NCBI RefSeq assembly: GCF_001194135.2
Contig: NC_068981.1
Location: 51,761,455 to 51,825,454, forward strand
Direction of reading: 5' to 3'
DNA from: Octopus bimaculoides
Taxonomy: Eukaryota
DNA length: 64,000 bases
Part shown: positions 55,951 to 64,000 of the stretch, piece after piece
Numbering within the stretch: position 1 is the stretch's first letter
Layout of the letters: every line of letters begins with the position of its first letter
Made by a program: the position numbers and the translations under genes
The notes under the pieces: model-generated
What the model was told of the DNA's origin: nothing
Databases searched by the model: none
The model's input: the letters and a program-made list of their open reading frames with translations, nothing else

Positions 55951-55999
55951 CTGAAACCAATATATCATGTTCTTTTTGTTTTTTGATTCTTTAGCTATC

Positions 56000-56388
56000 T
56001 TGTTGTTGTTGGTACTCTGTCGCTTACGACGTCGAGGGTTCCAGTCGATCCGATCAACGGAACAGCCTGCTCGTGAAATTAACGTGCAAATGGCTGAGCA
56101 CTCCACAGACACGTATACCCTTAACGTAGTTCTCGGGGATATTCAGCGTGACACAGTGTGACAAGGCTGACCCTTTGAATTATAGGTACAACAGAAACAG
56201 GAAGAAAGAGTGAGAGAACGTTGTGGTGGAAGAGTACAGCAGGGTTCGCCACCATCCCCTGCCGGAGCCTCGTGGAGCTTTAGGTGTTTTCGCTCAATAA
56301 AAACTCACAACACCCGGTCTGGGAATCGAAACCGTGATCCTATGACCGCGAGTCCGCTGCCCTAACCACTGGGCCATTGCGCCTCCAC
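56000..56388 (-). mobile_element. Full-length tRNA-derived SINE, family C, with a 12-bp target-site duplication
   Basis: Head GGCGCAATGGCCCAGTGGTTAGGG...GGTTTCGATTCCC, (CAA)n tail; TCTTTAGCTATC repeated at 55988..55999 and 56389..56400. Confidence 0.92.
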
Positions 56389-56494
56389 TCTTTAGCTATC
56401 AATATCTAGAAAAAAACACATATGCAGTGATTTGCTCATTAAAACCTTAAAAGCAAGACTCTATTGATCAGAAATATGTTTCTTTCTCCTATAA

Positions 56495-56660
56495 ACATAA
56501 GACCTGAAATTTTGGTGGCGGGGGTTTACGAATGACATCAACTCAAATGTTCAATTGGTATTTATTATATCGACCCCGAAAGGATTAAAGGCAAATCTGA
56601 CTTTCGTGGGTTTTGAACACAACACGGAAAGCCGGAAGAAATGCCGTTAAGCGTTTTCTA
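56495..56660 (-). mobile_element. SINE family B (short fragment also at ~58050..58105)
   Basis: ATCGACCCCGAAAGGATTAAAGGCAAA...GAAATGCCGTTAAGC. Confidence 0.7.
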
Positions 56661-57085
56661 CGGCAGTTCGAGCTTTGCTGTATGATATTACTTTCGTGTA
56701 TATAGAAACCAGTCTCCCAAAATGAGTTGCCTTTAATGTGGGTATAGATACAAGTATTTGTGTTTGTATATATCGGGACAAAAGAATATTATAGCTGTGT
56801 GGTATTATTTAAAATCATGGTATTGTTGTAATTGACTCGCATCACTCGAATTCGAACATCTCTGTATATCTACTTCCATCAACAATGACTTTGAAGTGGA
56901 AAACAACATACATATGTAAATTTATCAGCATCGAAGAGAACAAAAACCGACGATTTAGATGCGGACGCACATAGCATACATTTGCAAACACACTAATGTA
57001 TATGTGTGCGTGTGAGGAAGCCAGAGAGAGAGAGCGCGAGAGAGATCGTGTGTGTGTGCATGCGTAATATATATACGTGTGCGTC

Positions 57086-57175
<90 letters not shown>

Positions 57176-57325
57176 TGTATGTGTGGGTGTGTTTGGGTGT
57201 GTAGGTGTGCTTGGGCGTGTGTGTGTGTTTGTATACATACATACATATACATGGACACGTGCGCACAGCACACGTATTAATATATATATATGCACATATG
57301 TTGGTGAGTCGGTGTATGTATGTAT

Positions 57326-57372
<47 letters not shown>

Positions 57373-58141
57373 TGTGTGTGTCTGTGTGTGTAATTACACC
57401 TTACGTAGAATGATAACGAAAGAAATTTCACCCGAAGGTGTGTCATAGCATGAATTAGGGAGAAATTGTTATTTTTTTCCTTAGCATTCGTTCATGGAAA
57501 TTAGTTGTTTTGTTATTTTCTTTTTGTCTATGTAGCAAAGACTTCATCTCCTGATATATCTGTAATTTTTTTTCTTCTTTTTCATTATGCTCTTTCTCTC
57601 AGTTGCTATCTATTTACCTATATTTTATCGTTGCTTTATATTTACTCTTTCTATCGAGCTATCTGCCTGCACTTTTACTAGATTGCCATTTTCCCTTTTT
57701 GTGGTAGAATCTTCCCCTACAATTTCCTTTCTTCTTGTTTTCCTTTCTCTCTCTATTTTTCCATTCCTCAACGAATTCTATTGCATTTTCCTACGTATCT
57801 TTTTCCCTTTACTTCTCACATTCTTTCAATCAATTCGTACTTATACTTTGCTTTTTTCTGGCAATTCTCTTTCTAATTATTCATGATTATTTTTTTATTT
57901 AAATTTTAACTTTTATTCAAATTCTTAACACTGTAAATCCAGCCACAAATAAAGTAAGAAAACATTGTTCCAGTTAAAGCAATACATAAAATTGATCTAT
58001 TAATGAGTCAAAGTACATGCGTGTACGTGTGTATATGTATACAAGTGTGTGTATTTTATCGACCATGAAATGACGAATGAAAATGAAAGGCAAATTCAAC
58101 CTCGGCGGCATTTGAACTCAGAACGTGTATATATGTATATA

Positions 58142-58195
<54 letters not shown>

Positions 58196-58946
58196 TTTCT
58201 TTCTGTGTACAATATATATGGTTGTATATATGCATGGAGGAAAAAACGTTATATATTCTCTTCTTCCCAAAGAATCAAATCAACTATCTTCGAATTTCTG
58301 TCTGAAAAGTAACACTGATCGATTGGTGTATATGAGTGAAAAGTAGGTGTTTAGATAACATATCTATAGATCCTCTGAGCATAAATATTTACTAGTGCAC
58401 GATTCATTGTTGTATGCATGGAATAAGTAATATTTGGCTTCATTGAAAGAAAGAAAAGAAAGGTAAAACAACATTAAAATAAAAGAATCATTTAATAGAT
58501 CACAATATTTATTAGTTTTTATATTTTCATTTTTATATACAATACTATATATAAAATTCTGGGAAACAAGAAATTCTGAAAGTCGATATTCCTGATGCAA
58601 AATTTATTACGAATTTAAACATTTTCATAATTGGAACGTCTGCGACATTCTCTTCACATAATAAATTGATTTTGATCAGAGAAAAATGGTTATGTGTGAA
58701 AGAACATCAGCTCAACTGGCCATCTATAAACACTAGAAGGGAGATAAATGCTACATTTTGATAAGGTTTGCTCTCGACTTTTCTTTATTGACACGGCGAA
58801 TGCGGATCTGGTTGGAATTGACGACATCTTAAGATGAAGTGTAAATCTGTATTGGGTGGTTGCAGAATAATAAGGACAATCGAGAAAAAAAGTGAGTAAA
58901 TGAATGAATGGATAAAAATAGACAGATAGCTAGCTAGCTAGCTAGC

Positions 58947-58980
<34 letters not shown>

Positions 58981-59278
58981 CATTTCTTTTATTAGCTACA
59001 CATGGCTTTGCACAGGGGGGACAAATACAATGTAAAGCTTTTCTTTTTGTGAGGGGGAAGGAGAGAAAGAAAAAAAAGAAAAGGGGGGCGATCGAAAGGG
59101 ATCGTAGGAAAGAAAAAAGGGGGAGTTCGATCAAAAGGGATCGAAAAAAAAAAGAAGGCGATCAATAGGGATCGTGTATCACAGCAATGTTCTCGTGTAA
59201 AAAGGGGGGACAGTTTAGGTTTAACCGTGGAAAGAAAAGCCTACGGAAAAGACCACCGTAACCTTGGCCAATATTGTC
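58981..59278 (-). mobile_element. Isolated 3' end of a Tx1/L1-like element inside (GATA)n
   Basis: 59217..59265 resembles 40963..41012 (3' UTR of the Tx1-like element); the minus strand ends AATAAAAGAAATG; (GATA)n lies on both sides. Confidence 0.6.
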
Positions 59279-59350
<72 letters not shown>

Positions 59351-59352
59351 AC

Positions 59353-59422
<70 letters not shown>

Positions 59423-59759
59423 GTAGGGGTGAGAGAGAAGACATTTCTTAATTTGGAAAAAGTATCTTATGGAAAGTAAATTATATTTGTAAGTTTTCTG
59501 GAAAGATATTTATGAACACAGATTCATATTTTTGTCTTCATTTCCTAAGTTACTATTTAAAAAATGAGAAAAGTCTTATTTTCAAGATGACGTTAATTCA
59601 ATACAGTAAGAGACAGACAGACAAACAGACGGACAGTCGAACAGATTGAGTGATATATACTATTGTCATACTCACCTCATTTTTCATCATCTTCTTTATC
59701 TCAAACTTGGTGTACGTTCTTCCGTTAATATTCACCTATCATTCCTTGATTGATGATGT

Positions 59760-61030
59760 GACAACTCAAAATCCCTGCCTGGATTGCCTTCATTTCGACT
59801 TTTGTAACTATTTGAAATAAATTCTTTCAGTTACACTGCAGATACAGAAGTTTTAAATTGTTAATACTTTCCTTGCTTCGATGTCTAATTTGCAGATGTC
59901 TTCTTGTATCAGTCATTAACATTGTATTGTAAAAACAATATTATATTTGGTTTTAATGAATGGGTAGACTGAGAATTACATATCTTCTGCAACTTGCTGA
60001 AAACTCTTGCCTTGTTCTTTGTTAGCAGAGAGAATAGAACGCAAACTTAAAATTCACATACAGGATAAGATATTTTTATTACTCGTAATAGAAACTAGGG
60101 GTAAAAAGGGTTAATATCAAAGTTGGTTGACAGCTCGATAACTTTCTTTGACTAAGCATTAAATAAAACAATTATCATAGACATATTAGCTTCTGTTAGG
60201 TCATATGCCGCAATCTAACATGATGCAATTCAGTTGTCCCGTAATCTTAAGGTAGTTGCCTTGACGATATAGCTTTGTTCGTCGTATGATTCATGTTTTT
60301 GCCCGAGATTTCCGGTGTTATTTTCTATAAAGGAAATATTCTTTTCTGTTATTTCTTAGTCACACAGGAAGGGGTAACAGTATCTATAGCATTCACAAAC
60401 CCTTCCACGCTGGTAAAATTGACGCAGTTCATACAAAGTTTGGTCAGATGTAGATCCACAACGCTAAGGAAAATTGAGGCTAGATAGATTTACAGAGACT
60501 GTCAGTGCTAGGAAGAAATAATTTGGTGTATTTAGTGTAGGAATTGAGATATAATACACAGCAGGAATAAGGTTGATTCAAATGGGGAGAGCCAGAAGTA
60601 TATTCAACCAGTTGGTTCAGATTATAAGATAGTGTTAGTAGCAATAAAAGAGACATAGATGAAATTATGTTACCTTAAAATTATATTACCCTAGTCGATC
60701 CCACCTTTATCAATCAGTTAGATAGCCTTTAAGATGCCGTCCGAGACGTTTATACTGTTTGAGATGTTTACATTTAATAAGAGCTTGATTTCTAATTTAT
60801 CTTGTAGGTTTTATAGCTTGGAGTTTTAGCTTCATATCAGTTGCCATGTTGCCTTTCTTTCTTCTTGAACTCTTTGTGATAAACATGAAGATGGCAAATC
60901 TAAAACAGCACCATCCTGCTCCTGCAAAATTCGGCGTCCGTCAGGATCAGTTGAAGGAGTTAAATTTATTGTTGGTTTCAGTATCGTTACAGTAGGCAGT
61001 ACCAGTTCTAAGGAGGCATTCTTGAATCTG
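59760..61030 (-). mobile_element. Very degenerate R4/Dong-clade RT and post-RT remnant
   Basis: Scattered motifs in the expected order: YKRLG (~60745), K..EISGKN..NKAI, EDICKLDIEARKVLT (~59875), YKSRNEG..GR. Confidence 0.45.
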
Positions 61031-61071
61031 CAAGATGTAAAATTTTAGTTTAACTAATTATGTTATAACTT

Positions 61072-61455
61072 AGGCGCAGGAGTGGCTATGTGGTAAATAA
61101 CTTGCTTACCAACCACGTGGTTCCGAGTTCAGTCCCACTGCTTGGCACCTTGGGCAAGTGTCTTCTACTGTAGCCTTGGGCCGACCAAAGCCTTGTGAGT
61201 GGATTTGTCAGACGGAAACTGAAAGAAGCCTGCCTCGTGTATATATATGTTTGTGTGTCTGCGTTTGTCTTCCCCCACCATCGTTTGACAACCGATGTTG
61301 GTGTGTTTACGTCCCTGTAACGTAGCGGTTCGGCAAAAGAGAACGATAGAATAAGTACTAGGCTTCGAAAGAATAAGTCCTGGGGTCGATTTGTTCGACT
61401 AAATGTGGTGCTCCAGCATAGCCGCGGTCAAATGACTGAAACAAATAAAAGAATA
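61072..61455 (+). mobile_element. Full-length SINE family A
   Basis: AGGCGCAGGAGTGGCTATGTGGTAA...GAGTTCAGTCCC...core...GGTGCTCCAGCATAGCCGCGGTCAAATGACTGAAACAAATAAAAG. Confidence 0.92.
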
Positions 61456-62269
61456 ACGATTAGAGTTATTTTCAACACAGCGCTACCTTATGTTTATTCT
61501 GAATGGTTTCGAAAGGGTTTCTTCGATGCATCTATGAAACTTATAACTTATGCTTGTTCAGAAAGTAGATGTGTGTAATGTAGCTATTCCAGTGCACCAT
61601 AGTTTCAGCATTCAGTTTTCCTACTCCGAGGTGACCAATCCATATAGGATGGACGGTATACAATGCACCAACCCCTGAGATTGAAATCACTAATTAGAGT
61701 CGAAATATTTTCCACCTCGAAGTAATGACTAATCCTAAAATTATAGATTTTGTAATATTGTGTGTGCGTAGTAGACAAGAAGTATCAACATATAAAAGGT
61801 TGAGTTTGTAATCATCTTCATTTTTAATACTGACGTTTTAGTTAAGTTTTTGTCTCAGATTAGAGAGAATGAGGAATGATCTTCATTAGAGCATGACTAT
61901 CTCAGACTTGAGAGGATAAGGAAGGAATCTTCATAAAAGCATGACTATTTTCATGCTGTTGAATGGAAGTAAACTCTTATGTCCCAACTAGGAGTCTGCC
62001 TTAATGGGAGCAGTTTGTTGAAGGGTTTCTAGTGTGCATGTGTGAGATGTCAGTGTCAGAGTTAGAATGCAGGAAAATAGTTTAGATCAAAGAGATCATT
62101 TTCAGTGCACCCAGTGAGAGCACAGTCTGATGTCAAGTTTCCAATTCATAGCCAGAGAATCATGTAGACAATGTGGGAAGTGCTTTAATAGGTGTTTGTT
62201 ATGTCAGCTTTTTCACAGGGTTAGCAACGGATAAAGCCAGAATATTTATGATAAAGCAGTTTTATTTTA

Positions 62270-62446
62270 ATACAGTTCTATATTTAAGAGGTGAGGAATT
62301 ATGTACATTATTTACAATTGACGGAAATTTGTCCTCATCTTATTTGTTGCTAACACAACGTTTCAGCTGATATACCCTCCAGCTTTCACCAGGTGTCTTG
62401 GGGAAATTTCGAACCTAGGATCTCATTCCTAAGGTATTTTTCGATG

Positions 62447-62451
<5 letters not shown>
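62270..62451 (-). mobile_element. Penelope-like terminal repeat with a hammerhead-like motif at 62352..62397
   Basis: GACAC|CTGGTGA|A|AGCTG-gagggtatat-CAGCT|GAAA|CGT|T|GTGTT; inverted homolog of 63397..63532. Confidence 0.65.
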
Positions 62452-62523
<72 letters not shown>

Positions 62524-63190
62524 NNNNNNNNNNNNNNNNNNNNNNNNNNNNNNNNNNNNNNNNNNNNNNNNNNNNNNNNNNNNNNNNNNNNNNNNNNNNN
62601 NNNNNNNNNNNNNNNNNNNNNNNNNNNNNNNNNNNNNNNNNNNNNNNNNNNNNNNNNNNNNNNNNNNNNNNNNNNNNNNNNNNNNNNNNNNNNNNNNNNN
62701 NNNNNNNNNNNNNNNNNNNNNNNNNNNNNNNNNNNNNNNNNNNNNNNNNNNNNNNNNNNNNNNNNNNNNNNNNNNNNNNNNNNNNNNNNNNNNNNNNNNN
62801 NNNNNNNNNNNNNNNNNNNNNNNNNNNNNNNNNNNNNNNNNNNNNNNNNNNNNNNNNNNNNNNNNNNNNNNNNNNNNNNNNNNNNNNNNNNNNNNNNNNN
62901 NNNNNNNNNNNNNNNNNNNNNNNNNNNNNNNNNNNNNNNNNNNNNNNNNNNNNNNNNNNNNNNNNNNNNNNNNNNNNNNNNNNNNNNNNNNNNNNNNNNN
63001 NNNNNNNNNNNNNNNNNNNNNNNNNNNNNNNNNNNNNNNNNNNNNNNNNNNNNNNNNNNNNNNNNNNNNNNNNNNNNNNNNNNNNNNNNNNNNNNNNNNN
63101 NNNNNNNNNNNNNNNNNNNNNNNNNNNNNNNNNNNNNNNNNNNNNNNNNNNNNNNNNNNNNNNNNNNNNNNNNNNNNNNNNNNNNNNNNN

Positions 63191-63300
63191 ATATGGTACC
63201 CTAGGAATAACACCTACATAAACTTCTAACTTGTCTCTTGAGGTCTCTGGGTGAGACTTGGATCCAACTTGTACAAATGCAAAACAAAAGTCAAACATAA
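63191..63300 (+). mobile_element. Probable 3' UTR of a LINE (R4/Dong-like) ending in (TAA)n
   Basis: Non-repetitive stretch that emerges from a gap and runs straight into (TAA)n(TAG)n; the clade assignment is inferred from the tail type only. Confidence 0.4.
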
Positions 63301-63320
63301 AATAATAATAATAATAATAA

Positions 63321-63391
<71 letters not shown>

Positions 63392-63450
63392 ACAACAACA
63401 ACATCGAAAAATACCTTAGGAATGAGAACCCAGGTTCGAAATTTCCCCAA

Positions 63451-63496
63451 GACACCTGATGAAGGCTGGAGAGTATATCAGCCGAAATGTTGTGTT
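63451..63496 (+). ncRNA. Minimal type-I hammerhead ribozyme motif with a canonical core, in a Penelope-like terminus (63397..63532)
   Basis: GACAC|CTGATGA|A|GGCTG-gagagtatat-CAGCC|GAAA|TGT|T|GTGTT; predicted cleavage after GUU (63491). Confidence 0.7.
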
Positions 63497-63930
63497 AACA
63501 ACAAACAAGATGAGGACAAATATCCGCCAACAGTTTTATCTTTTCTTCTATATTTTTATTCGAGGTATTTAGACTTAGTTTGTCGTTGAACAAATCATTT
63601 ATGAATAACTTGGTCTTATCAATATTGACACTTAATCTTCACTACATGAACATATAATTTATGAGCAATAGGTGTACTTGAATGGCGATTGATGTGATGG
63701 CATTTTAAATTTCCAAAAGATTATGGAAGACGTTTTATGTTACCAAACGACGTTGTATCCATATTTTGCAGTGCAAGCATAAACTAGAAATTTGAAAGCC
63801 AGATGAATCAAAAGTCATCATCAAGCCGCTGTAACCAATTGTTACAAAGGTTATATGAACGAACGTCTAGTACAGTGGAAATTTAAGATCAAATGTCCAG
63901 GTATGTGTATGTTTAGTAAACATACATACC

Positions 63931-64000
63931 AAAATATATTATGTATCAATTAGCAAAATATTACCAAAATATATTATCTATCAATTAGCAAAATATTACC
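63931..64000. repeat. 35-bp tandem repeat, 2 copies up to the window edge
   Basis: AAAATATATTAT(G/C)TATCAATTAGCAAAATATTACC twice. Confidence 0.8.

Noticed and set aside
56315-56388. tRNA-like sequence
   Set aside because: It is the head of a SINE with body, tail and TSD; no complete cloverleaf.
59660-61030. Series of apparent minus-strand exons with good splice signals (e.g. RCGSTSDQTLYELRQFYQRGR, VNINGRTYTKFEIKKMMKNE)
   Set aside because: Joining them needs weak or GC donors, and the region carries R4/Dong motifs in order, so a decayed LINE is the simpler explanation.

Overview
AT-rich eukaryotic (animal) DNA from a draft assembly, with 13 N-gaps that almost all abut microsatellites. The repeat families (tRNA-derived SINEs, R4/Dong and Penelope elements, dense TA/TAA/GATA tracts) suggest an octopus genome; this is inference. 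No intact host gene is recognisable. The window is a graveyard of mobile elements: several 5'-truncated R4/Dong-clade LINEs, mostly next to (TAA)n; two Penelope-like elements tail-to-tail; an internally deleted Tx1/L1-clade LINE plus a related 3' end sitting inside (GATA)n; two decayed mariner elements; a ~345-bp foldback; and three SINE families. The most notable signal is a set of minimal type-I hammerhead-ribozyme-like folds: in Penelope-like termini (one with a canonical core and a compensatory stem II change between two copies) and in each unit of a 152-bp tandem repeat inside (TAA)n, which resembles a retrozyme with a non-canonical core. A ~300-bp CpG-rich island near 1 kb is unexplained.
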